Assembly: GCF_004010195.1 (NCBI RefSeq)
Contig: NC_057748.1
Coordinates: 1,048,246 to 1,112,245, forward strand
Source: Chiloscyllium plagiosum
Taxonomy: Eukaryota
DNA length: 64,000 nucleotides
Reading direction: 5' to 3'
Positions 1 through 13,306 of this stretch are shown in pieces. The stretch's first letter is position 1; each line of letters opens with the position of its first letter. The translations under genes and the position numbers were made by a program. The notes beneath the pieces were generated by a model, which searched no databases, was not told where the DNA came from, and saw only the letters and a program-made list of their open reading frames with translations.

Positions 1-1325
1 CCCCTCATCATCCTCCTTCGTCACCTTTTCAAAGAATTCAATACGGTTTGTGAGGCACGACCTGCCCTTCACAAAACCATGCTGACTATCCTTGATCACA
101 TTATTCCTATCCAGATGTGCATAAATCCTATCCCTTACAATTCTCTCTAAGACTTTGCCCACAACGGAAGTGAGACTCACCGGCCTATAGTTACTAGGGC
201 TATCCCTACTCCCCTTTTTGAACAAGGGAACCACATTTGCTATCCTCCAGTCTTCTGGGACTACTCCTGTAGACAAAGAGGACATAAAAATCAAGGCCAA
301 TGGCTCTGCAATCTCCTCCCTTGCTTCCCAGAGAATCCTAGGATAAATGCCATCAGGCCCAGGGGACTTATCTATTTTCACCTTTTCCAGGATTTCCAAT
401 ACCTCTTCTCTACATACCTCAAAGCCATCCATTCTACTTATTTGTGCCTCAGTATTCTCATCGACAACAATGCCCTGTTCCTGAGTGAATACTGAAGAAA
501 AGTATTCATTCAGTGTCTCCCCAATCTCTTCCGCCTCCACACGCAACTTCCCCCTACTATCCTTGACTGGACCTATTCCTACCCTAGTCATTCTTTTATT
601 CCTAACATACCTATAGAAAGCCTTAGGGTTTTCCCTAATCCTATCTACTAAGGACCTTTCATGTCCCCTCCTTGCTGCTTTTAGCTCTCTCTTCAGGTCC
701 TTCCTGGCTACCCTATAACTCTCAATCGCCCCAATTGTACCTTCACGTCTCATCTTGAGATAGGCTGCCCTCTTCCATTTAACAAGGGATTCCAATTCCT
801 TATTAAACCACGGCTCCCTCGCACGACCCTTTCCTTCCTGCCTGACAGGTACATAATAATCAAGGACACTCATTAGTTGCCCCTTGAACAAGTTCCACAT
901 ATCATTTACACTCTTGCCTTGGAGTCTACTTTTCCAAGCCACACATCCTAAGTCATGCCTCACCGCATCATAATTTCCCTTACCCCAGCTATAATTCTTG
1001 CCCTGTAGTACACACTTATCCCTCTCCATCACGAGTGTAAAAATCACCGAATTATGGTCACTATCCCCAAAGTGCTCACCTACCTTTAATTCTAACACCT
1101 GGCCTGGTTCGTTACCCAGAACCAAATCCAGTATGGCCTCACCTCTTGTTGGCCTGTCGACATATTGTGTCAGGAAACTCTCCTGCACACATTGAACAAA
1201 CACTGACCCATCTAACGAACTTGAGCTATAGCTTTCCCAATCAATATCAGGAAAGTTAAAGTCCCCCATAACAACCACCCTATTACTGTCACTCATCTCC
1301 TGAATCACCTTCCCTATCCTTTCTT
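1..1325 (-). mobile_element. CR1-type LINE ORF2 fragment (endonuclease C-terminus to RT N-terminus), in a WBP11 intron
   Basis: Reverse complement resembles the ORF2 segment of the + strand CR1 at about 30.9-32.1 kb (e.g. PTRGEAILDLVLGNEPGQV, SDHNSV, QHGFVKGRSCLTN); runs off the window start. Confidence 0.85.
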
Positions 1326-2655
1326 CAATTGTTGTTGCTAAGCCATATAGCCCAGAGGGGTCCTAAGCTTAATCCACAGCATATGCTGTTTTAGCTGACT
1401 TATGTAAGGCAGGACTGTTAGACATTACAAATCAGGAAAATTATAAAGGAACATTTGCAAATAGAAGTAAACAGGAACTTGTAAGCAGATAGAATGGTCT
1501 TCCTTTATCTTATCTATTGTTACGTCAGGTATGTCTATGTCCTGGGGCTAGAGATTTAAAGTCATTGGCAAAAGATCTGAAACACCTTTGCCTGAAAGCA
1601 TGTTGGAGTTAATTCCACAAATAATTTCAAATGTAAGTCAGACATTAATTGAAGGTGAAGAATTTAACAGGTTTGTGGACAACAAGCAAGGACATGAGAC
1701 TGAACAGGACTGCTTTTTCGAAGAACTAACAGAGTCATGTGTGACAGGCTAAATTTCCCTTCCTGTGCTGTAATTTTCCATTTTACTAGGAAATTTAAAG
1801 TCTGTCATGGTTTAAATGGAAGTTAACAAATTACAATTGAGAAATGGCCTCAGTTCCCCAGATTCTGGAAGTGTAAAATCAGCTGCTGTTCAATATCTAG
1901 TAACTCTTGTTAGAAATTGTGAGAGAGAATGTTGCTGAAAGTGAGTTTAAAGTCCAACTGATAATCTCACCATGGTGAACCATTTGTCACTCACGACCAA
2001 AACCTGAGGAATGTCCGATTATCCCTGCTGCCAAAGGTTTTCCAGGATTGGGTAACTGTAATGAGATGATAATTGGTCTTTTCAGGACAAAATATGGTTG
2101 TATGGGTCTACGATGAGAAGAACTGAATGATGTATCAAATTATCCTGAGCTAGATACCTACAGATCCCATTCTGAAGTGGCTGATATAAGACCCAGGGTC
2201 CCTACGTTTCCAGATGCTTCCTGTGAATTTAGCAGCTAAATCACCAAAGATTTATTTTTAAAATGCATTTTATGTTGCCAGTATTACAGAGGAAGCTCTA
2301 ATGTAATTTCAGTGTAATGGCACTTTACACTCATGAAAAACTACTCACAATATACACCAGGACAGCATGTTTGGTAAAATGCCCAGGTGGCATTATTGAC
2401 CTTGGGGTGACAGTTTGTCTTCTCTATACTAATATTTCACTGGTGCATGCTGAGTTTTAATTTTCTTTCCTGTGTTGCTGTAATGATGAGTGACTCGCCA
2501 GTAGCCATGTTGTCTCTATAAGAGGAATGTGTGGTTAACTTGAGTGGGGGCCTGTGTAGACTCTTGATTCTTTGGTAGCAAATCCATCAGTTTTGTATTT
2601 TTCAAAGTTGTGTGTGCAGAATATGAAGTTTAGTTGATTCTGTACCTTCTAATAG

Positions 2656-2937
2656 GTCAGGATTTCCCCGATGAAGAGGAGGAGGAGGAGGAGGAAGCAC
2701 ATACTGAGGCAGCTGCAGAAGAGGAAAAGATGGATGCTGAAGAGCAGAATCGAGAAAAGCGGCAACGAGAGGAACCACGGCCAGAAGGGCCGCAGGTTCC
2801 ACCACCGACTCCGATGCCCCCCCGGGCACCAATGCAGGCCCCACCAATGCCTGGGCCTCCACCTCTCGGTCCTCCTCCTGCACCTCCACTGAGACCCCCA
2901 GGACCACCATCTGGTTTACCACCAGGACCACCTCCAG
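2656..2937 (+). CDS. WBP11: WW domain-binding protein 11, internal exon (GQDFPDEEEE...PPGPPP)
   Basis: Acceptor ttctaatag|GTCAG; donor CCAG|gtaaga; acidic then proline-rich sequence (PPLGPPPAPPLRPPGPP) typical of WBP11; phase 1 at both ends. Confidence 0.92.
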
Positions 2938-3029
2938 GTAAGAAAACAAACACAATGGATGCTCCTCCAGTGTGACAGTATGATTAATGTCATTTGGAAA
3001 ACAAACACTTAGAGGGTTAGTATAAAGAT

Positions 3030-4060
3030 ATAATTTGGAAGCAGAGGTGGGCTATTTGGCCTCTCAAGTTTGCTCTGGTATTCACTGTGATGTTGCCTGA
3101 TCTATTTATGCTTTGAATTCTTGAATACCAACTAACCCCAATAATTTTTAATTCCTTAGCCTAATATGAATCTATCTACCATTGCCTTAAAAATATTCAG
3201 AGACCCAGCTTCCACTGCCTTCTGAGGCAGGGAGTTCCAAAACTGTACAACTTTTCTGAGAAAAGATTTCTCTTCCTCTCAGTCTATAAAATGGCAATCC
3301 CTAACTGTAGAGCAGTGCTGGATAGCTCTGAACTCACCCTCAAGAAGAAATGTCTGTTTAGATCCACTTTATTTTACACATTTCATTTAAGTCACACTTA
3401 ATTAAGCTTCTTTTGTAAACTGCAGTGACAACAAAGCAAGTCTTTCCAACCTCTTCTCATAAGACATACCAGTCAATCTAGATATCAATCTAGTAAACCT
3501 CTTCTGAACATGTGTCCAATATATTTACATCTTTCTTTCAAAAAAAAGACCAAAACTTCAAACTCTATGAAATGTGGTCTCACTAAGGTCATTTCTAATT
3601 GATGCATACCATCATTACTTTTATGTTCAATTCTTCTAATAAATTCTATTTGTTGTCTTAATTACCTTGCTGTACCTTGAAAAAGCATTTTTGTGACTTG
3701 TGCATTAGAAAATTTCTATTGAAGTAATATTCTGGTTTATTGACATTTCTGTCAAAATGAGCAACTTCACATTTACCTACATTATTTTCCAGCTGCCAGT
3801 TTTTTGCCCATACACTCAATCTATTGACAGCTTTCTGCAATCTCCTTGTTTCTTTCACTACCTATGTTCCTATTTATACTTATGGGATTTACAACTTTAG
3901 CTATCATGCCTTTGCTCCCTTTATCTAAGTCATTGGCATAAATTGTAAAAAGCTGAGACCCCAGCACAGAGTCACCGCAGAGAATCCACTTGTCACATCC
4001 TCCCAGTCAGAAAGAGACCCATGTATAGATACTGATTACTGCCAGCCAATCTTACCATCC
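3030..4060 (-). mobile_element. old degraded CR1-type LINE 3' fragment
   Basis: ORF 3658-3858 (RLQKAVNRLSVWAKNWQLENNVGKCEVAHF) matches the CR1 RT C-terminal region; boundaries approximate. Confidence 0.65.
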
Positions 4061-4826
4061 ATTTTTGTGCCGCCTGTTAGTGGAATTTGAGTAATTGTTC
4101 AATTTGACGGAAAATACTTGCCACCGATGTGTTTAGGACATTTTGCAGAGTACTTGGCCTTGAGTAGCTGAAGGAAAACTTTTCAAAGTAGTTTGTTATT
4201 CCCTCCATGGAGATGCTGAAAAAGGAAGAAAAAGATTTTGTCCTGTCTTTCAGAGAAGTAGGTGAGAATCAGTTCTCTACAGTGGGCTAAGGGATACTAA
4301 GATGCGAATATTTGAATGGTGAGATAACTAATTGGATGGCAAAATGAGCAAGTGTATTTAAACTTTTTTGTTCTAAGTTGAATTTTTTATTGCAGTTCTA
4401 AAGCTAGGGATTGTTCTAGGAGCAGGGTAGAGGGATTTGTACTTTGCATTACTGATTGCACATGATGAAGAACTGCATCTTGCCAGAGGTGCTTAAAATA
4501 AAGCCCCTTGCCTTACTCAATTATCACAAAATTATATTAATAGAAAAATTTCCTGTCCCTAATAAACTTGCATTTGTTCCAGGATTAATAAATCACTTGG
4601 ACTCTCAGGCTTTGCCACAAATGCAGAAACTGAATTTGTTTTCTAATTTTGTCTTCTTTGAAATAAACTTGAAATTTTGAAAATGTGTCAGAATTGTCAT
4701 GGGACACTGACACTTTGTGAATATTTTTTGAAAAGGAGGTCCAAAATAATACCTCTGACAGGGAGGAATTTATTACTGTGATCAGTTATGTGCAGTCTGA
4801 TTGTAATTGTTTGTCGTTGATTACAG

Positions 4827-5009
4827 GTGCACCTCCATTCATACGACCACCAGGATTGCCTGGCATAAGAGGGCCAATTCCACGATTGCTTCCTCCTGGG
4901 CCACCTCCTGGGCGACCTCCAGGCCCACCACCAGGACCCCCACCGGGCCTTCCTCCGGGTCCACCACCACGGGGACCTCCTCCCAGATTACCACCACCAG
5001 CACCCCCAG
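4827..5009 (+). CDS. WBP11: WBP11 penultimate coding exon (GAPPFIRPPG...PPRLPPPAPP)
   Basis: Acceptor gattacag|GTGCA; donor CCCAG|gtaaga; 183 nt, phase 1-1; proline-rich repeats as in WBP11. Confidence 0.93.
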
Positions 5010-5949
5010 GTAAGATATTAAACTGATATTGATTCTGTTTGTATAACCTGTAGTGACAGTACTCTAAGGGTGTACCTGTAGGTGGGGCTGCATGAATCAG
5101 TTGACATAGTGAGACTGCCTGAAATGTTTTATAGTGGATTGCTGCATTTGTTTCAAGGTCCCTCTTCCATGACCCTCTATAGAATTTAGGGAATCCCATA
5201 TAGAAGCAGAGATTTTTCCTACAGCTGTACTAATTTTCAGTAACCTGAAAAAACTTCAGAAATTCTCAAATCACCTTAAACATTGTTAAATTGACAAAAA
5301 GGGAAAATATTCAAGTGTACTTGCTGTTATCATACAGGAAACACGGCATCATATTTGCACGCAGCAAGCACCCACAAACAACAATTTGATAATGACAAGA
5401 TTTTTTTTTGTTAATTGAGGGTTAGAAAACTTCTTTGAGATAGTGCTATGGGGTCTTTAGCATAACATAAGCTAGCAGATGTGACCTTGCTTTAATGTCT
5501 TATCTCATCTGAGAGACAACATTTCCAACAGTGGCAGCATTCTCTCGGTGCTGTATTGGAGCTGGTGATCTTGATTTTTGTATCAAAACCTGAGAGTGGA
5601 CTTTAGTCTGAGTTGACAGTAGTATACATTATACCACAGCTGATGCTTCAGGAATTTGTAAAATACGTTGAGAATTTTGAAAGTGCACGGAGACTCACAG
5701 TATTAATTCTTTTAATTTGCAGGGGCTGTAATATGTTGGGAATTACTGCTGTTTTCCAAAGATCATATTTTATTTCATTTTTTTGAAACTTCAATTTTAA
5801 TAACCCTCCTCGGGGAATCTTAACAAAATCACTGATTTGATGACTCCTGCAGTTTATCAGATGTACATCAAAACAGCACCCTGACTGATGATTAACTGTG
5901 CTTGATAAACAGAGCTAGGCACCTATAAAATGATCTGTGGATGTAAATA

Positions 5950-7830
5950 GTTCATAGACTCAGAGATGTACAGCACGGAAACAGACCCTTCGGTCGAACT
6001 TGTTCATGCCGACCAGATATCCTACCTGCCCATATCCCTCCAAACCCTTCCCCATCCAGATGCCTTTTAAATGTTGCAATTGTACTAGTCTCCACTACTT
6101 CCTCCGACAGCTCATTCCATACACTTACCTCTGCATGGAAAAAGTTGCCCCTTAGGTCTCTTTTATATCTTTTGCCTCTCACCCTAAACCTTTGCCCTCT
6201 CGTTCTGGACTCCCCCACCCCAGGGAAGTGACTTTGTCTATTTATCCTATCCATGCCTCTCATGATTTTATAAACCTCTATCAGGTCACTCCTCAGCCTC
6301 CGACGCTCCAGGGAAAACAGCCCTAGTCTATTCAGCTTCTTCCTATAGCTCAAATCCTCCAACACTGGCAACATCCTTGTAATGTCTATTTATCCTATCC
6401 ATGCCTCTCATGATTTTATAAACCTCTATCAGGTCACTCCTCAGCCTCCGACGCTCCAGGGAAAACAGCCCTAGCCTATTCAGCTTCTTCCTATAGAATT
6501 TAGGGAATCCCATATAGAAGCAGAGATTTTTCCTACAGCTGTACTAATTTTCAGTAACCTGAAAAAACTTCAGAAATTCTCAAATCACCTTAAACATTGT
6601 TAAATTGACAAAAAGGGAAAATATTCAAGTGTACTTGCTGTTATCATACAGGAAACACGGCATCATATTTGCACGCAGCAAGCACCCACAAACAACAATT
6701 TGATAATGATAAGATTTTATAGCTCAAATCCTCCAACACTGGCAACATCCTTGTAAATCTTTTCTGAACACTTTAAAGTTTCACAACATCCTTCCTATAG
6801 GAAGGAGACCAGAATTTCACGCAATAATTTAACAGTGGCCTAACCAATGTCCTGTACAGCTGCAACATGATCTCCCAACTCCTGTACTCAATACTGTGAC
6901 CAATAAAGGAAAGCATACCAAATGCCTTTTTCACTATCCTATCTACCTGCGACTCCATTTTCAAGGAGCTATGAACCTGCACTCCAAGGTCTCTTTGTTC
7001 AGCAACACTCCCTAGGACCTGACCATGAAGTGTATAAGTCCTCCTCAGATTTGCTTTCCCAAAATGCAGCACCTTGCCTTTATCTGAATTAAACTCCATC
7101 TGCCACTTCTCATCCCATTAACTCATCTGATCAGGATCCCGTTGTAATCTGAGGTAACTTTCTTCGCTGTCCAGTACACCTCCAATTTTGATGTCATCTA
7201 CAAACTTACTAACTATACCTCTTATGTTCACATCCAAGTCATTTTTATATAAATGACAAAAAGTAGTGGACCCAGCACCAATCCTTGTGGCACTCCATTG
7301 GTCACAGGCCTCCAGTCTGAAAACAACCCTCTACCACCACCCTCTGTCTTCTAACTTTGAGCCAGTTCTGTATCTCCCTCTATTCCATGAGATCTAACCT
7401 TGCTAATCACTCTCCCATAGGGAACCTTGTCGAATGCCTTACTGAAGACCATATAGATCATGTCCACCGCTCTGCCCTCGTTAATCCTCTTAGTTACTAC
7501 TTCAAAAAACTCAATCACATTTGTGAGACATGATTTCCTATGCACAAAGCCATGTTGGCTATCCCTGATTTTTCCTTGCCTTTCCAAATACATGTACATG
7601 CTGTCTCTCGGGATTCCCTCCAACAATTTGCCCATCACCGACGTCAGGCTCACTGACATATAGTTCCCTGGCTTGTCCTTACTATTCTTAAAAAGTGGCA
7701 CCATGTTAGCCAACCTCCAGTCTTCCGGTACCTCATCTGTGACTATCGATGATACAAATATCTCAGCAAGGGGCCCAGTAATCACTTCCCTAGCTTCCCA
7801 CAGAGTTCTAAAATACACCTGATCAGGTCC
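5950..7830 (-). mobile_element. 5'-truncated CR1 LINE (RT and 3' end) with internal rearrangement
   Basis: ORFs 7351-7839, 6773-7099 and 5952-6374 encode CR1 RT motifs (QHGF, FSKAFDKVP, LFSLERRRLRSDLIEVYKIM); 3' end near 5950. Confidence 0.9.
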
Positions 7831-8009
7831 ATTACACAAACATAGTGCTGATTGGGAATGGCATCGTTCTACGTGAAAACTAGCCTCAAAGACCAGTAAG
7901 ATCCTAAATCCTCTGGGGCCTACAGACTTTGCTGAGTAAACCTATCCCACATAAAGATGTAGCAAGAGCTCTCCAAATGAACTCTTCGCGTCAAGCTAGC
8001 TATTTAGAT

Positions 8010-8490
8010 ATAACAGAAACGTTCAACATAATCAGGCAGAGTCGACATGGTTTTGTGTGAGGAGGAATAATCTATTGGAGTTCCATCAGGAGGTAACATG
8101 CGCCCCAGATAAAGAGAAACCAGTGAATGTGTTAAACTTGGATTTTCAGAAGGCATTTGATAAAGTGCCACATAGGCTATTGCAGAAAATTAAAGTTCAT
8201 GTGTAGTGGGTAGCTTTTTAACATGGGATAGAAGGTTGGCTGGTTAACAGGACATAGAGATTAGGCAGAAATGGGTCTTTTTTAGGTTGGCAATATGTAA
8301 CAATTGATGTGTCTCAGGGATCAGTCCTGGGACCTCAACTGTTTACAACTCATATAAATGACTGATGAAAGGACTGAAGGAATGATTGTGATATTAGCTG
8401 ATGACATAAGGTTGGTAGAAAATTAAGTTGCAAAGAGGACATAAGGCTACAAAAGGATAAAGATAGGTTAAAGGAGTGGACGAAGTTCAG
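8010..8490 (+). mobile_element. degraded CR1 RT fragment
   Basis: DFQKAFDKVPH-, QGSVLGPQLF- and ADD-like motifs readable on the + strand. Confidence 0.65.
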
Positions 8491-8738
8491 TTAAAAGTTT
8501 TAAACACAAACTTATGTCCATTTTAGTGTAATTTATTTTTAGTTATAATTGCATCTCACTGAAAGTTCCATGAATGACCCTTTTGCATCTTTTGTTTGTT
8601 GAAATGATATTAATTAAGAGAACAAGTGAGATACATCTGTTCAGTTGAACCTTCTAAATGTTCTTTGAAGGGTAGTGAGATTCTAATGATTTTCTGAAAC
8701 TTTGTTGCCCAAATCTAACAAATTGGCTTTCTCCCCAG

Positions 8739-9154
8739 GTATCCCACCTCCTCGACCAGGTATGATACGTCCACCAATGGCCCCTCCACTGGGACCTGCG
8801 CCACCAGGATTGTTCCCCCCAGCGCCAGTGCCAAACCCTGGTGTCCTCAGTGCTCCTCCAAGTCTCATCCAGCGTCCAAAAATGGATGAGACTGTGACCA
8901 CCATCGAGAAGAAAGCAATTGCCACCATCAGTGCGAAGCCCCAAATCACCAACCCCAAGGCTGAGATCACTCGCTTTGTCCCCACTGCGCTGCGTGTAAA
9001 ACGAGAAAGCAAGAGTCAGGCACCTGTGAAGAAGGGAGAGGAAGAGATTGTTGCTCCAATAAAGCCAGTACCAAAAACCACACCTGCTGTCTCTATCCAA
9101 ACAAAGGACGATATCTACGAATCATTCATGAAAGAAATGGAAGGACTTTTATAA
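8739..9154 (+). CDS. WBP11: WBP11 terminal coding exon (GIPPPRPGMIRPP...TKDDIYESFMKEMEGLL*)
   Basis: Acceptor ttctccccag|GTATC; ATISAKPQITNPKAEITRFVPTALRV and FMKEMEGLL-stop match the WBP11 C-terminus; TAA at 9152-9154. Confidence 0.96.
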
Positions 9155-9857
9155 GTAACCCAGATGTGTGCGCTCTTCTTGTCCTAGACCTACCAACGTC
9201 TTGGTATTTGTTTGAGATTTGTGTATATTCATTTCTGAGCCTGCTGTGTATTCTTTTCAAACATTTATGAAATCTGCTCATGTGATGTACAGACTGAACA
9301 AACATTATACATGCGGTAAAGCTCAGCCTGATGATATATTATGGTTGAAGTTCAGTAGTTGAGGGTGTACTCCCATTTGTGACTTTATAAACACTGTACC
9401 CGAAGATCAGACTTGCTGCCCGCTTATAGACTTCAAATGAGGGAAGAACTGGGGTTCAGTACGTGTCAGCATATATAAAAATGTTTGTTCTGAGAATGCT
9501 CCTCCAGACATAGCCTAGTTTACTTAGACATTGTATGAGTATTTTAAGTATTTTCCCTTTCATATTATGGAAATTCTGGTGACAACATGCATTAGTCCAT
9601 TATTCCATGGACCTGAACAGTAAGGCACTGCAATCCTAAAGAAGTTCATTGTGGTGAATTATTGTTGTATTATTTGATTCCTTTGGGTTTGTTTGAATAA
9701 TCTACATGATGAAGTAAACCGAATTGGTCCAATGATGGTAGCTGTCAATTTTATTTATTTAAAGAATCAGGAGTTTGATCGCTCTCATAAAGTACTTGCC
9801 GTTTTTTGGTAATAGTATATTTATAACTTTCCTATGGGTGGTGTACTATACAAATAT

Positions 9858-10392
9858 TCAAAGTTTGGGTGAAGATTTGTAGCTCGGGTGCTCGTTGTTG
9901 TGGTTCTGTTCGCCGAGCTGGAAATTATTGTTGCAAACGTTTCGTCCCCTGTCTAGGTGACATCCTCAGTGCTTGGGAGCCTTCTGTGAAGCGCTTCTGT
10001 GGTGTTTCTTCTGGCATTTATAGTGACCTGTCCCTGCCGCTTCCGGTTAGTATCCTTAGTAGCCACACACGCAGACGACAAGCAACATGAATTCGACTGG
10101 GACAACACTACCATTATAGGGCAAGCCAAACAAAGAACAGCCAGGGAATTCCTAGAAGCATGGCACTCATCCACAAACTCCATCAACAAACACATCGACC
10201 TGGACCCAATATACCGGCCACTACAGCGGACAGCTGAAACTGACAACCGGAACCGGACAGGCCACTATAAATGCCGGAGGAAACACCACAGAAGTGCTTC
10301 ACAGGAGGCTCCCAAGCACTGAGGATGTCACGTAGACAGGGGACGAAACGTTTGCAACAAAAATTTCCAGCTCGGCGAACAGAACCACAACA
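9858..10392 (+). mobile_element. Penelope-like element remnant: inverted pLTR, GIY-YIG C-terminus, pLTR
   Basis: About 150-bp inverted repeats (9894-10048 and 10245-10394); HADDKQHEFDWDNTTIIGQAKQRTAREFLEAWHS is PLE endonuclease-like; flanking duplication actatacaaatat at 9845-9857 and 10393-10405. Confidence 0.85.
10316..10355 (+). ncRNA. minimal hammerhead ribozyme motif in a Penelope pLTR (second copy on the - strand at about 9933-9972)
   Basis: gca-CTGAGGA-t-GTCAC...GGGAC-GAAA-CGT-T-tgc: conserved core, stem II, palindromic ACGT stem III and a 3-bp stem I. Confidence 0.7.
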
Positions 10393-11029
10393 ACTATACA
10401 AATATATTTTTAACTTTTCATTCTAACTGCACTTAATATTCTAGGTATCCAGATTTTATTTATAATGTAGGCTGTGATGTTGTCTTTCATTTGTAATATT
10501 TTCATCAAATAAGGGATGGAATGTTACAGTAAAATATAATTGCACTACTTTTGTTGCATCTGTGGCACCTTTTACAATCTCAGCATGGCCCAAAGTGTGT
10601 TGCAATCAGTGAAGTATTTCAGCAATAGTTTGGTAGTACAGAAATTCGGTACTATTTTGTTGAAGTTTTTAATCTTGAACTCTCCAGGATCATTTGCAAG
10701 AACACCAGTTTAAGGATAATACCAACATTTGCACTCTATGAAAGGAGAGTGCTGATTTGTTGGCAAGTATGTTATGACTGGTAGAGTTTTCCAATGCAGC
10801 TACTGTAGGTGTCGCTAAACCCAATCAATTGTAATGGTTCAAGAAGGCAGCTCATCACCACCTTCTCAAGGAGCAACTAGGGTGGCAATATATTCTGACC
10901 CAGTCAATGATACCCACATTCCATGATGATTTTAAAAGGTCTAGTCCAACAAAGGATAAACATGTAAAGAAACTCAACAGGTCTGGCAGCATCCATAGAT
11001 AGAAAGCAAAGTTAAGTTTCAACATTGGG

Positions 11030-11840
11030 TTCTGAGCATCTCTTCCACTTCCCGCTCCTCCGCCCTTGAGCCCCGCCCCTCCAACCACCACCAGGACAGA
11101 ACCCCACTGGTCCTCACCTACCACCCCACCAATCTCCATGTACAGCGCATCATCCGCCGTCATTTCCGCCAAGGCCCCTGCCTCCTCTACATCTCCTGAC
11201 AGTGCAGCGAGAAATGTCAACATGTGTGAGGTGCTCAGGTACTAAAGTGGGTCTTGAACTCTTAACCGCTGTCTCAGGGAAAGTGTGCTACCACTGAGAT
11301 AAAGGACAATTTCCTCCATGTTTAGGTCTTCCGCGGCGTTGGAAAGTTTGACTTTGAAAGATAAAAACCCATGACAATTCTGCAAATCCCTGCCTTTGAT
11401 CAGTGTCATTAAATAATACAGCAGATGCCCACAGAACGTGATTTGAGACTGCGGTGTTATTCACTCCATTGTCACTGCTGTTTTCCAACAGCTCAAAGTC
11501 ATTTAATAACTGAGTCATTTGTCTCAGTCAAATCCATCGAATTCAGCACCGCCTTCCTAACCTGAGATCTTCTTCCCGCCCTCTCCGCCCCCACCCCAGT
11601 CTGACCTATCACCCTCACCTTGACCTCTTTCCACCTATCACATTTCTGACGCCCCTCCCCCAAGTCCCTCCTCCCTACCTTTTATCTTAGCCTGCTGGAC
11701 AAACTTTCCTCATTCCTGAAGAAGGACTCATGCCCGAAACGTCGATTCTCCTGTTCCCTGGATGCTGCCTGACCTGCTGCGCTTTTCCAGCAACACATTT
11801 TCAGCTCTGATCTCCAGCATCTGCAGACCTCACTTTCTCT
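11030..11840 (+). mobile_element. Penelope-like fragments ending in a hammerhead-bearing pLTR (11711-11840)
   Basis: PLVLTYHP-like PLE linker at about 11100; CTGAAGA-AGGAC-TCAT-GCCC-GAAA-CGTC at 11716-11743, followed by the repeat tail gatgctgcctgacctgctg...ctccagcatctgcag. Confidence 0.65.
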
Positions 11841-12769
11841 TCTGAGGAAGGGTCACTTGACACAAAATGTTAACTGCTGCCAGACCGACTGATTTTCATT
11901 AGCAACTCCTGCTTTTGTCTTGGATTTCCAGCATGTGCAATGCTTTGTTTTGTTTTTAAAATTTAAGATTCTGTCTGCGCTGCTTACTCTTGGAAAGTGT
12001 AGTTCTTCTAATACTGTGTCGATGTTACATTGCAAACTTTTGAATGGTGAGGAATATTTAGGGCTTTTTGGGGCCTTTATCTTCAAGACATTTAAGCAGT
12101 ATTTAGGTGAATACTTGAAACACCATCAGGTAGACCATAAGAAATAGGAACAGGAGTAGGCTGCTCAGCCTATAGAACCTGTTAGTTACTCAATAGTCTT
12201 GTGATAATCTGATACTCCTCACTTCCACCTTCCTACCTTTCCCAGTAACTGTTGATCTCTCCCAGTGACTGAAGATACAACGCTGGAAAAAGGGGTGAGG
12301 ATAGTCCTGGTCGCCCTGCTCGAGTAAGGGTGTTCTTAAATTGGAAAGGGTGCAGAAAAGATATACAAGGATGTTACTAGGACTTGAATTATAACGAGGA
12401 TCTGGGAGCTTTTTCCCTGGAATGTAAGAGGCTGAGGGGCCTTTTTTAAGAGAGATTTGCAAAATCATGAGTATAGATATGGTGAATATCAACCTTTCAC
12501 TCGGTAGGGAGGTTCAAACCTACAGGGCGTAATTTTAAGGTAAGAGTAAAAATATTTAAAAGGGCTGTAAGAGGCAGAGATTGGTTAGTATATGGAATGA
12601 AATGCTAGCTCGGGTCTTTGTTCCGGTGGGCGGGGGTTGGAAGGAATATGTACCAGTTAGTTGGGGGGTGGGGTGCGGCGGAATGTCCCGATGAGGTGGT
12701 TTGGGGTGTGGGAGGGGACATATGTCAAGGTGAGGGAGCTGTGTGTCCTGGGGGGAGGGGAGGGGGAGG

Positions 12770-13150
12770 GGCATAGCCGGGTGTGGGTGTGGCCTGATGA
12801 CGCCGCGGTCTCCTTGGTAACGGAGATGCCGAGATGGTGAAGCTCCGTGAGGTAAAGGGTGGCGGGTTTCAGCCTTTTCACCGAATTGTTTACTTGGAGC
12901 GGAAAGCAAAGCGTCATCTGTGGCATGCGGTGACGGCGGGTGTTTCTCTCCGCTCGGGATTAACGAGTTAAATCGAATCCGCGGTTTCATTTCCAACCGG
13001 CAGGCCTCTGGCCCTGGTCCCGCCCTCACTGTGCTCCTATTGGATCGAGCGGCTGTCCATCGGTTTCCGACCCGCCCCATCTTGTCCCTATTGGTCACAT
13101 TCTGTGAATGGCGTCGGCACCTGTGTTCCCATTGGCTGCCGCCGGAGTGA
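12770..13150 (+). promoter_or_regulatory. CpG-rich promoter, probably of the CCDC96-like gene: RFX X-box and three CCAAT boxes
   Basis: GTCTCCTTGGTAAC at 12808-12821 fits the X-box consensus; ATTGG at about 13040, 13090 and 13131; GC box near 13071; candidate donor GAG|gtaaag at 12851/12852. Confidence 0.6.
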
Positions 13151-13204
13151 ACGTTTTACTCTTGTTTTGAAATTTCATCCAAAACCTCCACCACCCCCCA
13201 CTAC

Positions 13205-13306
13205 CGACTGTCTCCCAATTACCCCCCCAAACCACCAGGAACAGTCCCCCAATTACCCTCCAAAACCGCCAGGAACAGTCCCCCAATTACCCTCCAAAAC
13301 CGCCAG
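13205..13306. repeat. 34-bp tandem repeat running into an assembly gap
   Basis: ccaggaacagtcccccaattaccctccaaaaccg at 13235 and 13269, with a degenerate copy before and a partial copy after. Confidence 0.8.

Noticed and set aside
5835-5940. TGATGA/CTGA motifs in WBP11 introns (also near 2125 and 2483) as C/D snoRNAs
   Set aside because: No convincing terminal stem, D box spacing or recognisable rRNA guide by eye.
2602-9100. Gly/Val-rich minus-strand ORFs over WBP11 exons
   Set aside because: Antisense shadows of proline-rich codons.
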